Assembly: GCF_001194135.2 (NCBI RefSeq)
Contig: NC_068987.1
Span: forward strand, 5,382,577 to 5,446,576
Length of the DNA stretch: 64,000 nt
Direction of reading: 5' to 3'
Source: Octopus bimaculoides
Lineage: Eukaryota
Shown: positions 24,150 through 35,986 of the stretch, piece by piece
Layout of the letters: each line of letters opens with the position of its first letter
How positions within the stretch are numbered: position 1 is the first letter of the stretch
The notes under the pieces: generated by a model
What the model was told of the DNA's origin: nothing
Seen by the model: only the letters and a program-made list of their open reading frames with translations
Databases searched by the model: none
Program-made: the position numbers and the translations under genes

Positions 24150-24830
24150 GTAAGGGAAACTGAGGACCTATTTATCTGTTCTTTCTCATTCCTGAAACAG
24201 CGTTTCACCTGTTAATGTATTCAGCAAGGCTTCAAAGCAGCAAGCTGGCAGAATCGTGACCAAACCGGGCAAAATGCTTAGCGACACTTTGTCGTTATGT
24301 TCTGCCAAGGATGGCTTTGCTTTTCATCCTCATGGGGTCTAAAAACTAAGTACCAGTTGGGCCACTTGGGATGATGTAATTGACTTAATCACTTCCCCAG
24401 GCAAGGCTGTGAACTGGCAAAATGGTTAGCATGTCAGACAAAATGCTTAGCAGCATTTCTTCCAACTCTTTGTGTTCTGAGGAGTTTTAAATCCTGCAGA
24501 GGTCTACTTTCGCTTTCATCTTTTCAGGGTTGTATTATTGACCTGCCTTCTCCTATTAAAATTGTCCTTGACCCCTGAAATGGACTGGTATCTTTGTTCA
24601 ATGTGAATATGGTGAACTCAGTCATTTGCATGCCATGGAAATTGGATAAATGGCCCTTATGAGCCATAGGGCTTGAGAAAATAGAATTTATATATATTAG
24701 GCTTGCCAGAGCGGTCATGTTTATAATGCACTTAGCTCTCCAGTACAATTTACAAATACCTGTAAGATATTTATATCATGTGCTGTATATTTTTTTTCAT
24801 CCATTTTGTTGATCTTTCTTTTCTATCCAG

Positions 24831-24967
24831 ACCCAAGCTGGGTAACCGAGAAAAACATCAAGTTAGTTCTGGATTATTTGAAAAGTCCAAAAGCAAACCT
24901 GAGCTCATTTAACGAATACAAAGAGTCACAGAAACCTGTTCAACGGAGAAATAGGAAGAAACCTCAG
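24831..24967 (+). CDS. FAM199X: FAM199X coding exon 6
   Basis: tatccag| and |gtaagg; phase 1-0; VTEKNIKLVLDYLK resembles LTDEKLKQVRNYIK. Confidence 0.92.
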
Positions 24968-25024
24968 GTAAGGGAACGACACATTGTTTTATTGGTTTCT
25001 GGCATTGGTTGGCAATATGTTATT

Positions 25025-25415
25025 TTATACTCGTTTCAGTCATTTGACTGGGGCCATGCTGGAGCACTGCTTTTAGTTGAGCAAATCGGCCCCAGGACTT
25101 ATTCTTTGTAAGGCTAGTACTCATTCTCTCGGTCTCTTTTGCCGAACTGCTAAGTTACGAGGAAGTAAACACACCAGCATTGGTTGTCAAGCAATGTTGG
25201 GGAGACAAACAGACACACATACATATATACGACAGGCTTCTTTCAGTTTCCGTCTACCAAATCAACTCACAAGTCTTTGGTCGGCCCTGGGCTACAATAG
25301 AAGATACTTGCCCAAGGTGCCATGCAGTGGGACTGAACCTGGAACCATGTGGTTGGTAAGCAAGCTACTTACTACACAGCTACTCCTACGCCTATATGAA
25401 CAGTAACAAAAGAAA
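25025..25415 (-). mobile_element. SINE family 1, full length
   Basis: Reverse copy in FAM199X intron 6. Confidence 0.92.
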
Positions 25416-26459
25416 CCTCACAGGTCTTAAAGGTGTACCACATTTTTTTTGTTTTAGTTCTCAAATCTGTTTATCTCAAGTCACGTCAACAAGTTTATCC
25501 TTGTCCTCTGCTATCATTGTCAGGCGCTGGCCTTTTCTTACTTGTACTGTAGCAACAATGGTTGTCTCCCTTGAAATAACCTTTGTCGCAAAAGATATTT
25601 TGCAACTTAAAAGAATGCTTCATAGAAACAAATTATATCAGTAAGGGACACTCTCAGGTACACGTGCACTAGTTTTAATGTAATTCTAGAAAGGGAAGCC
25701 TTAATATATCAGAATGCTGATATCTTTATCATCTTTCACATTTTAAATTTTCGTCAAAACTGCAACAGGTGCAGATGAGGCTGTGTGGTAATAGGTTTGC
25801 TTTCCAACCACATTGGTTTAGGGTTCAAGACCCTTGTGTGACTCCTTGGGCAAGTGTGTTTTACTCTAGCCTCAGTCCAACCAAAGTTTTAAAGGGGGAT
25901 TTGATGTAAACTGGAAGAAGCTGGTCAGGTGTATGCTTGTGCTTAACTGTCTCTTTGTCTTAACATCACACAGTAATTGTAAATGCAGGTCACCATCATG
26001 GAAGCCGTTGCTTTGTGTCTAGTGTTTCTCTTAAAAACTTATCTGTCCACAGAGAAATATTATCTTACTAGGAAACAAGTGCTGGCCATAAAAATCCACT
26101 TCAATAAATTATCTGACCCATGGAAAAATAGACAGTAAAATGATATTGATTTCAACACTTGAAACCAGCCTACCTGATTTTGCACCCGGTATTGAGTGCA
26201 CCCATCCAACACCATTTTAAAATATTCACATCTAGATTATATCTTTCCAATATAATTGTAGCTGAAAACATTTTATGTTCTAAAAAAACAATTTTAATGA
26301 GTTATTTCACTAAATCTCTCTAAATTCTATATTTAAAAATAAAAAAGAAATTGAAACACAAGCAATGTATTTAAATACAAATATGATTATGTAAAGGTGA
26401 AATGCAAATTAGTAACCCCAGTTTTTTGTAGTTATTGGAATGATTGAGTGTGGTGGCCT

Positions 26460-26885
26460 CACAGGCAATGTCTAGTGACCAAGATCTTTGGTGATATGCT
26501 GTGCTTGAGAAGACTCGTCAAGCCAAATGAAATCATAGCCCTGGCTGATGGTGGTGTCCTGTAACTGGCATGTAAAAAGCACCTTTTGAGTGTTGGCCTT
26601 ACAGACGCAATGACCAAGACCTTTGGCATTATACTGTGCTTGAGAAGAAGACTTATGAAGCCAAGTGAAATCGTAGCTGTGGCAGATACTGGTGTCACAC
26701 AACTGACATCCGTGCTAGTGGCATGTAAAAGCATGTATCACACTCTGAGGGGTTGGCATTAGGAAGGGCATCCAGCTGTAGAAATCACACTGGAGTTTGG
26801 TGTAGCCCCTCAGCTTACTAGCCTTGGTCAAACTGTCCAACCTATGCCAGCATGGACAACAGACTTTAAATGATGATGATGATAA
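26460..26885 (+). mobile_element. RTE LINE 3' region with internal tandem duplication of about 130 bp
   Basis: GACCAAGA..TTTGG...TGTGCTTGAGAAG occurs twice (26477, 26612); ends with ATGCCAGCATGGA...TTAAATGATGATGATG. Confidence 0.65.
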
Positions 26886-27176
26886 ACAGACTGGCCACTT
26901 GTTTCTCTGGGGTTGGTCAAATTGATGTGTGTATATAGATCGCTGACCACTACATTTATATTTTTGTTCTCCTTGTTTCTTTGTGTTCCTTTCAGTTGAA
27001 GAGCGTAGCTCGAAACGCCAAAGACTTTCTCTATTCCCGAGCGTTAAACTAATCCATTTGTTGTTTACACCACCTGTCTTCGTAAATTCCCTCATATATA
27101 TATATGAATGAATGAATGCATGATCAGATATCTATATTGTTATGCATTGTTTTATCTTTTGTTTTTTTCTTTACAG

Positions 27177-27332
27177 AAGAGAAAAGCCAGCAAACCTGAA
27201 GATCAAACAGAGAAAAGGGTTGTACAGGCAGTGAAGGAGAAAAAAAGTGGATTTTTCCAGAAAGAAATTGTTGTGTCATTGTCTCTGCATGAAGCATCGG
27301 ATGAAGAAGTGGACATTGATATTATTGGATGA
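27177..27332 (+). CDS. FAM199X: FAM199X coding exon 7 (terminal); total about 295-302 aa
   Basis: ttacag|; KEKKSGFFQKEIVVSLSLHEASDEEVDIDIIG* aligns with vertebrate [37 protein letters not shown] at 27408. Confidence 0.92.
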   Translation, partial: KRKASKPEDQTEKRVVQAVKEKKSGFFQKEIVVSLSLHEASDEEVDIDIIG

Positions 27333-28524
27333 CAACGGGGCAGATAGTGACTAATTTATAACCACTGTCACTAAGACTAATAGCAAAGACATAGCCCCCA
27401 CTCCCAAAATAAAGCTCTGTAAATATGTTGGTTTGTGACTTCTTTCATTTTTAACCCTTATTGTGACAAATTTTCAGCTGGAAACCCACCTCATACTGGT
27501 CAAGCCTTGGGGGGGGGGTGTTACTGACATGAAAAACAACCAGTACACCCTATTAAGTGGTTTGATGCTCTACCGTGTATAGGTTGGATCTAACATGATG
27601 CAATTTATTCTAATTAATTTTCTTTACTTGAGGGGATTTATAAAATATGTAAATGTTTGAGCTGACAACAATGGGGCCACATGTTATAGAAGTTTTTCAA
27701 ATAATGCTGTTATCTTTGTCAATATATTTTATAGCAGATGTAAAAAAAAATCTGGCTTTGTAGTTTCATTAAGCCTGTTAATTGAATGTGTTTTTTTGAG
27801 TCTTGGTGATAAAAGTCTACAAGAAATATTGGATGCAAGCAGAAGATACCTGTGTTGTAGGCGACTTGGAAGGAATAGTTGTTAGGTTCAAGAAAATTGG
27901 GTCTTAGATGAGCAAAGACAGGATGAAAATATAGACGAACTGTCAGAATGGTGACAACAGATATAATGATAATGAGGAGTAATCTTATGGGGGAACATAC
28001 AGTTTCTTAATTCAAAGGAAAGAAAAAGGGATTAGTTCCAAATATAAATAATGTAGATTAAATCTGTTTGTGGGAGATCATGTCATCGTGAAATCTCATT
28101 ATGGGAAGATTGCTCTGAAGAGTTAGAGACTAGAGTTACTTTTGTACTTTTATTTTCTGAGTAAAGTGAGCTCACAGAACTATAACAGGTTTCATATATT
28201 AATCAGGTGGAAGATATATCTGCACCTCAATAAGGTATTATCAGAAGAGAATAACTGTAAAGAACATTTCTTTTTAATAATTCAGATAAAATGTGTTAAT
28301 TGTAATACATTTTTCAACTTCATAGTTTTGGATTGAATTTTGATTAAAAAGAAACAAATTCTGATAAAATACCAAAGTAAGGATTCATTAACATCGTTAG
28401 TCTGGAATATGAACTTCTGGAAGCGTCTGGCAATTGTCTTTGTAATCCAGTTATGATCAACATCATAGTGAAACTGGTAAAAAGATTTTGGTAATTAATC
28501 ACTCTGCTAAGTACTGCATCTGGT

Positions 28525-28573
28525 TCACATCATTGTTATTCGTCGGTGATCAATTTTCTCTAATTGGACTAAT
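28525..28573 (-). CDS. MED18: MED18 coding exon 6 (LVQLEKIDHRRITMM*)
   Basis: ttttgcag|; phase 2; matches LVHLEKIDPKRL; minus-strand AATAAA at 28149-28154. Confidence 0.93.
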
Positions 28574-29039
28574 CTGCAAAAAGTTAAGGATAGTCACAAC
28601 TTCTAACATTTTGTTTCAAAACAAGCATTTTTTCTTTCAAGTATATATATTTTGTAGTTAGTCACTGTGAGACATTGACCTTCAGGTAAATTACGTAGTT
28701 CCAGAAGGAAGGCCTTCCTCTTTCAGGTCTGGTTGGTTTTTCTTATTAATGTTTCTGTAACTTAGCTTCTTCTAGGTAGGGGATGTTAGCCCTACACAAA
28801 CCCATTTTCACTTCTGAGAAGGGGTTGTCCATAATTAGCCTGGCCTCTCTCCTTTGACTTCTGCAGCATGGAAGGCCCTTCTAGGAGCTTGCACAAGTCA
28901 CCGTAACAAGGGCTGGATCTTGTGATACTGCTAAAGTTACAAAAGGGTATGAGGGGAAACTGGGTTTTTGCCCAACCAATAAAAATAAGTCATCTACATG
29001 AGGGGTAAAAATTATTAAAAAAAAAAAAAAAAAGGATAC

Positions 29040-29173
29040 GGTTTAAGTTGTTCAGCAAAATTCTTCATGTCATCTTGGAGTAATTCCTGTCCAGCTGGAG
29101 CCACAACTGAGAGTTCCACAAGGTAGGAGAGTGAAAGAGGTTCAATACTTTCTACATTATTTGGTTGCAGCAT
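29040..29173 (-). CDS. MED18: MED18 coding exon 5
   Basis: ttacag| and |gtatcc; MLQPNNVESIEPLSLSYLVELSVVAPAGQELLQDDMKNFAEQLKP. Confidence 0.96.
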
Positions 29174-29492
29174 CTGTAATGGAGACGATATAAACTGTTA
29201 ATCTCTCTAGATATATACATACACAAACACGTTTCAAATACCTGCTCCAATAACCCAAATTGGACACAGCTGCGAAGTGAAGAAACTACTTTTGATAAAT
29301 AACAGCTAAGGGGAAATAACTCACGAGCCAATGACGATAATTTGGAGATGTCCTGGTCCGGCCTCATAGTTGTTAGCCCACCTTCCACTCGTCTCCCAGC
29401 TTCTGTATCTATGGATCCTGTTGAACTGTCCAACCTAGAGAGCCCACGTTAAAGTATGACGATACACAGGTACCAAATTAACGGGCGAAGTT

Positions 29493-29680
29493 ATGAAGGC
29501 CACTGAAAGAGCCCAGTTAATTAGGGAGTTAGAGAAGATGCAGTTTGGTTCCTTGCCAGGGAGAAGCATTACTCACGCTCTCTATAATTCACCAACTACT
29601 GAAGTATTAGGAAAAAGCAAACCATTGTACTTAGCGTTCGTTGACCTGGAGAGAGCGTTTGACACAATGATCCCTCATCT
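29493..29680 (+). mobile_element. RTE LINE reverse-transcriptase fragment in MED18 intron 4
   Basis: MQFGSLPGRSITHAL...KSKPLYLAFVDLERAFD matches the RT motif QFGF.PGRST.DA...LY.AFVDLEKAFD. Confidence 0.85.
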
Positions 29681-30144
29681 GTTGATTGCTGTGAAAGCTA
29701 AAAGAAGAACGATGGTGATTGAAATGGATGGGCAATGTATTTCATTAGAAATAGGGACACAAAAGGGATTAAATGAATCATCAGCCTTGTTTTAACGGTT
29801 AATATCTCATTCTTGCAAGGGTCAGACAGACTTTGATGAGGCAGATTTTCTATGGCTGGATGCTCTTCCTGTTGTCAATCCTCACCTGTTTCCGAACAAA
29901 GTAATATTTCCCTTTAGCCAGTTATTTTTTTTGCCATGGAAGACTGGAAATAAACATCCTTGGTTGTATGATAGTGTTGTTATTTTTACAACCATCACAT
30001 GATATCAAAACAAAGGTACACACAGAGGCTTTGGTTGGCCCAGGGCAATTATAGAAGGTATTTTACCCAAGGTGCTGCACAGTGAGACTGAACCTAAGAC
30101 CACATGGTTGGGAAGCAAGCTTCTTAACCACACAGTCACACATG

Positions 30145-30472
30145 CCTCTTTTACTTGTTTCAGTCACTTGACTGCGGCCATGCTGGAGCGCCGCTTTTAG
30201 TCGAGCAAATCGACCCCAGGACTTATTCTTTGTAAGCCTAGTACTTATTCTATCGGTCTCTTTTGCCGAACTGCTAAGTTACAGGGACGTAAACACACCA
30301 GCATACACACACACACATATATATATATCGATAGGCTTCTTTCAGTTTCCGTCTACCAAATCCAATCACAAGTTTTGGTCGGCTCAAAGCTATAGTAGAA
30401 GACACTTGCTCAAGGAGCCACGCAGTGGGAATGAACCCGGAACCATGTGGTTGGTAAGCAAGCTACTTTCCA
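30145..30472 (-). mobile_element. SINE family 1
   Basis: Reverse copy, preceded by a second partial copy at 30020-30135. Confidence 0.9.
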
Positions 30473-30522
30473 CTTAAACTTTAAAACAAAAATGAAAGAG
30501 AGAGAAAGGCAACTCAACTTAC

Positions 30523-30601
30523 TCTGAAAATTTTGGAAACGGTAACTTTCATTCTTCCTTTGTGAAAGAAATATCCTTTTATGACATATTCATAATCCAG
30601 C
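30523..30601 (-). CDS. MED18: MED18 coding exon 4
   Basis: tttcag| and |gtaagt; LDYEYVIKGYFFHKGRMKVTVSKIFR. Confidence 0.96.
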
Positions 30602-30707
30602 CTGAAAGAAAAGATAAATAAAAAAAAAACAGGCATTTTGTATTCAGAATGTTTGAAGCAAAAAAGAAAAGTGAGAAAATATCAGGGAAGTTTAAAAAAT
30701 TTTTTAC

Positions 30708-30830
30708 CTGAAACCCATTTCATTAAGAAAAGCGACAACATTATCTGAGGTCCCGACATCAACATAGGTCCTCACCAGTGTGTGACGGGTTTTGTCCCCG
30801 ACTTCAGCCTGGCCAATGTAGCGTAAATGC
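30708..30830 (-). CDS. MED18: MED18 coding exon 3
   Basis: ttccag| and |gtaaaa; HLRYIGQAEVGDKTRHTLVRTYVDVGTSDNVVAFLNEMGF. Confidence 0.96.
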
Positions 30831-31287
30831 CTGGAAATATGTAAACAAAAAAATCATTTAAGGGAACGCAATTTTGTAGTCCAGGGGTAATGAGGTGAAA
30901 ATAGTAAATGGGTCAGTGGTAGGCCAAAAATTGAAATTATATGGAATACTGATTTTAGAATCAGTTTTTTTCATTTTTTTCTTTTTTGGTGGAACTTAAG
31001 AACCAAATATTTTCTGCTCTATATTTAAGAGATGAGGAATTATGTACATTAATTTGGTTGGCCTGGGGCCATAGTAGAAGACACGTGCCCAAGGTGCTGC
31101 ACAGTTGCACTGAATCCAAGACCACAAGTCGGGAAGCTGCTTCTTTGCCATACCACCATGGTTGGTATATCATATTTAAGTCTACTATTTCTGGTATGTT
31201 CCTTCCATTTTAAGAATGGTAGAGTAAGTTTTGAAGGAGATTTAGCTGTCAATTCTAGCAAGTTGAGTGACCTAGGAGTGAACTTAC

Positions 31288-31363
31288 CATGGTGCATTTG
31301 CAGCTGTCAGACTATGACGTACTCTGTAGAAAACAGCCTGGCTATTCTGGTTGCTGGTTCCTC
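31288..31363 (-). CDS. MED18: MED18 coding exon 2
   Basis: catcag| and |gtaagt; phase 1-2; GTSNQNSQAVFYRVRHSLTAANAPW. Confidence 0.93.
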
Positions 31364-32934
31364 CTGATGAAGAAAAAACCAAAAATATAATCATCCTAAT
31401 ATCTTCATGCCTCTTGGCCTAACTAACGAAAAAGACTGGTCCTTAACTATTTAAGGCTAGGTTTAATTTCCCCTTTTATCTTTGAGTAAACAGAGTCTTG
31501 CAGATAAACTGAGACCAATTTTAAGCAGTTGACCTTCTTGATTACTTTTTATGGGGCGTACTTCAAGCAAGGACCACACTCGAGTGGCAACCGTTTGAAG
31601 ACGTGCATCGTGCGTGCGACACGCAAAATGAAAAAAGCGAAGGCTGTGGCAGCTGCAAAAATTCACGTTCTCACATGGAAGCAGTAATTGCTCAAAAGGG
31701 TGGCCATATTCTTTTCTACTCTAGGCACAAGGCCCGAAATTTTGGGGGAAGGGGCCAGTCGATTAGATCGACTCCAGTACACAAGCGGTACTTGATTTAT
31801 CGACACCGAAAGGACGAAAGGCAAAGTCGACAGCCGTATTGAGTGATAAATGCTTTTGTAATAAATGTTACATTAAAATTATATCTGCCTACTAACATTA
31901 ATTTAGTATTTATAACCAGTTTTATGCATCATAAAAAGTGTCTCAATTTATCTGCAAGGAGAGATTTGAAAGAAATTTGGCTGCTATTTTTAGTAGGTCG
32001 AGTGACAAAGCAGGTNNNNNNNNNNNNNNNNNNNNNNNNNNNNNNNNNNNNNNNNNNNNNNNNNNNNNNNNNNNNNNNNNNNNNNNNNNNNNNNNNNNNN
32101 NNNNNNNNNNNNNNNNNNNNNNNNNNNNNNNNNNNNNNNNNNNNNNNNNNNNNNNNNNNNNNNNNNNNNNNNNNNNNNNNNNNNNNNNNNNNNNNNNNNN
32201 NNNNNNNNNNNNNNNNNNNNNNNNNNNNNNNNNNNNNNNNNNNNNNNNNNNNNNNNNNNNNNNNNNNNNNNNNNNNNNNNNNNNNNNNNNNNNNNNNNNN
32301 NNNNNNNNNNNNNNNNNNNNNNNNNNNNNNNNNNNNNNNNNNNNNNNNNNNNNNNNNNNNNNNNNNNNNNNNNNNNNNNNNNNNNNNNNNNNNNNNNNNN
32401 NNNNNNNNNNNNNNNNNNNNNNNNNNNNNNNNNNNNNNNNNNNNNNNNNNNNNNNNNNNNNNNNNNNNNNNNNNNNNNNNNNNNNNNNNNNNNNNNNNNN
32501 NNNNNNNNNNNNNNNNNNNNNNNNNNNNNNNNNNNNNNNNNNNNNNNNNNNNNNNNNNNNNNNNNNNNNNNNNNNNNNNNNNNNNNNNNNNNNNNNNNNN
32601 NNNNNNNNNNNNNNNNNNNNNNNNNNNNNNNNNNNNNNNNNNNNNNNNNNNNNNNNNNNNNNNNNNNNNNNNNNNNNNNNNNNNNNNNNNNNNNNNNNNN
32701 NNNNNNNNNNNNNNNNNNNNNNNNNNNNNNNNNNNNNNNNNNNNNNNNNNNNNNNNNNNNNNNNNNNNNNNNNNNNNNNNNNNNNNNNNNNNNNNNNNNN
32801 NNNNNNNNNNNNNNNNNNNNNNNNNNNNNNNNNNNNNNNNNNNNNNNNNNNNNNNNNNNNNNNNNNNNTATTCAACGTTGTGCAAATCATTTGTATATAA
32901 TTTGTAACAGAAGTAAATCATTCATAAGTTCTAA

Positions 32935-33085
32935 ATGCTTAGCGGCATTTTGTCTGTCTTTAATGTTCTGAGTTCAAATTCCACCGAAGTCAACTTTGCT
33001 TTTCATGATTTCGGGTTCATGGTTGGGGGTCGATGTAACTGACTTACCCTCTCTCCCGAAATTGCTGGCCTTGTGCCAAAATTTG
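32935..33085 (+). mobile_element. SINE family 2
   Basis: GCTTAGCGGCATTT...GAGTTCAAATTCC...GGCCTTGTGCC. Confidence 0.8.
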
Positions 33086-33512
33086 AAACCTATATTGGGA
33101 ACAAGGGAAAAACAAAACAAAACAAAAGACAATTCTACTGTGGAATGCATTCGAAAACACAGTTGGTGCGACGAAGATTTTGTTTAAGTTAACAACCTTT
33201 GTGCATTCCTCGGTGCCAGGCAAAATCAAGGAAGCCTCTACGTTGCGGCGCTCGACATGCTAGAAATAGCAGTCGAATTTCTCTCCAAACCACAGCCTAA
33301 CATCGTAAAAGGACGTATTTGGTAAGATAGTTCAGGGTACACAATGCCCAAAGCAAACATAAATAAAATAAAGGACAGTCATGATTCATTTCGGGGCTAA
33401 ACAACAACAAAAACAAACAAACAAGGATCTCAAAAAGAATTTAACCAAAATGGAATTCGTTAAAAAAAACAAACAAGTCATTGAAAACGTATTGAAAGAA
33501 ATCGGGCCTCAC

Positions 33513-33690
33513 TCATAGCAAACACAAGTTCATGATCATGGAATGTCTCGTAGTTGTTTTCAGCATTATCACAAAGACCCCGTAGTCGGTTGAGAAGAAC
33601 TTCACAAGAACTGTCGACGACGCTTCCTTGCAATAAATATTCGTGGAACGGAGTGGCTTGATGCCGATGCGTGGAAACCGAACCTTCCAT
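33513..33690 (-). CDS. MED18: MED18 (Mediator subunit 18) coding exon 1; total 212 aa over 6 exons
   Basis: MEGSV...EYLLQGSVVDSSCEVLLNRLRGLCDN...ETFHDHELVF matches MED18 EYLLQGSVLD...HRLRGLCDN..ETF.DHE; donor A|gtgagg. Exon lengths sum to 639 nt. Confidence 0.97.
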
Positions 33691-33699
33691 TGCTGTTGT

Positions 33700-33960
33700 T
33701 TGATCGATTAGCGATTTCCAATTATCGTATCATTAAAACAAACATTTCTATAATTGGTAAAATAACAAATTAAATTAAACTCTGGATGTATTTTCTGTTT
33801 GTTAATGAAAGAACAAAGAAAGCATCGACCGCCAAAGCATTCAAAACTTAATGGCGTATATTACACGGTGTTGACTCAAAAAACGTTCCCAGTGATTTTA
33901 AAGCTGTTTTAGTACAGAAAGTTGGGAGGAATCGTCAGCGCACGAGATAAATAATGCCTG
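33700..33960 (-). promoter_or_regulatory. Putative MED18 promoter / 5' region
   Basis: CpG-enriched unique sequence directly upstream of the ATG. Confidence 0.35.
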
Positions 33961-34789
33961 ACTGCTATTTATTAAGAATTTATGAATACAAGTCTGGATC
34001 TTATTTTTGATAATAATTAGACAGACAGACAGACAGACAGACAGCTAAATAGATAGATTTGTGTAATCATGTCTGTCTATCTATCTATCTATCTATCTAA
34101 CTATTTATATCTATCTAGCTATCTAACTATTTATATCTATCTATCTATCTATCTACCTGTCTGTCTGTGTCTGTCTGTCTGTCTGTCTGTCTATCTCTAT
34201 GTATATACATACATACATGCATCCCTTTTTTCTCTTTCTTTTTTTCTTATCTGTGTGTCTGGTTGAACAAATGGAAGAAAGACTTGCCAACCCTCAAAGC
34301 GTCAAAAGGCGTTAGAAGACGAACTTAGGGAGCCGAGATAAGTAGGGAGATGTCTTCGAAGCCGGTTTCAGCGTAAGTGCGATTGGGATTCATTGTCACC
34401 TGATACCTACAGAAGACAATAAATTGTAGTCCTTAAGGATTTTTATTAACGTTCTCTTTTTGTGTGTGTGTGTAATAGGAAAGAATAAACGTGTACTTGT
34501 TAGACGTTTTTTGTTTCTTTAAAGTAAGAGTGGAGGAATTTTTTGACCAATTACCTCAAAATGTGTTTGTTTATGCCGATGTTACCCCCTTGGTTTGAAA
34601 GGAAGGAAATCATAGATTCTTTGAATTCAAAAGGTTTATTGAATCTAATTATATGGAAAATACAATTATAAAAAGTATAAAACAGATGCAATAAAATAAA
34701 TTAATATCCACATTATGAAACAAAAGGATTTTTCTAGAAACTTTTTCAATTCGGGTTTTGGAGAAATGATGATGTTTCATTTTTGTTAC

Positions 34790-35600
34790 AAATACATCAA
34801 AATTGGAGCATTTTGATGCTAGAGCAATTTGTATACAGTCTTCAAGGTCCAATCGATTACTCTGCTTTGTATTTATGTTCATTGAAGTGGAAAATCCTTG
34901 TTTGCAGAGATAGGTTGTTGCAAAAGGCAGCAACGTTTTTGACTGCCTCCTCAAACCAGAAGAAAGATTTCTGTCGTAACAAGGAAAAGGTTTGGAAATT
35001 ATACATTTCTAAATCTCTCAGAGAGATTTATGCAGTAGTGATACGATGAAGTAGTTGTATGTTGTCAACTTAATGTGACAGTCCCCTAAAAGGAATAATG
35101 CTACTGTTGGTTAGACCTAGGAAGCGGTGCAGCTTCCTAGGTCTAACCAACAGTTGTATTATTCCCTTCAGGGGACTGTCACATTAAGTTGACTGCATAC
35201 AACTACTTCAAGGAAAAGGTTTTTTTAAAAATATAATTTCACTTATGTCTAGTGAGTCTTTATTACCCCCAAGAATTTCATTTTTACCCCACATGGGGTA
35301 ATTGACTCCTGTTCGCCGACTCCTGCTTTAAAGAGTCCCATATAAACTTTGTTTGTCACGTGCACAATGACATTTCACATCTGCGAGTCCTTAATGATTG
35401 CAGTGTGACTTTGTTGAATAAGGAATGCAGGAGAAGTGATGAAGATCACCTTTTACAGCTTCTGTGGGATAAATTTCTTCCAAGTTGTTTTTGAAAGCAC
35501 ACTTGTATGTTGCGACGCCAGATAACTGAATTTGCTTTGCAGAAAACTATCTTTTTACACTGAAGTAATTTTCTTCATCGTTGCTGATACATGTGCACTT
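34790..35600 (-). mobile_element. Decayed hAT (Charlie/Buster-type) transposase remnant
   Basis: KTLLPFATTYLCKQGFSTSMNINTKQSNRLDLEDCIQIAL matches the hAT dimerisation motif LLPF..TYLCE.GFS......K.K.RNRL. The 35330-35600 part is weaker. Confidence 0.75.
35047..35210. repeat. Near-perfect 164-bp palindrome (79-bp arms, 6-nt loop)
   Basis: TGAAGTAGTTGTATG...CTAGGAAGC-GGTGCA-GCTTCCTAG...CATACAACTACTTCA; 6 mismatches. Confidence 0.95.
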
Positions 35601-35986
35601 GCTGGTCACCATATTGAAATGAGCTCGTTTGCTTATTTTCGCTGTTGTTAACCTCGCAGTTTCTAGTCTCTGTATGGCGAAGGAATAGACTCGAGGCCTA
35701 GCCAGCCCGTAATAGCCGTCCGCCGTAATCAGGGCGGCGCACGTAGTGAAAATTTCCCAACTGTATGATGATGCGAATTGTAGATGCCGCTGCTGTGTGC
35801 AGAGTGGTCAACGAGTAGGCTAAAAATGTGCCTCGGGACTGTGTTTAGACGTTCTAAATTTTTTTTTGAGATTTGTCTTCGGAGAAAGCGCGAGAAATTG
35901 CTTGCGAAATCGTGAGAGCGTGAGATTACGCATAAAATCGCGAGACTTACGTTGTTTTCGGGTGTTTCTTTCAGTTAAAGATTTCA

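Noticed and set aside
34260-34380. Exon-like segment ending CAGC|gtaagt
   Set aside because: Stops in all three frames.
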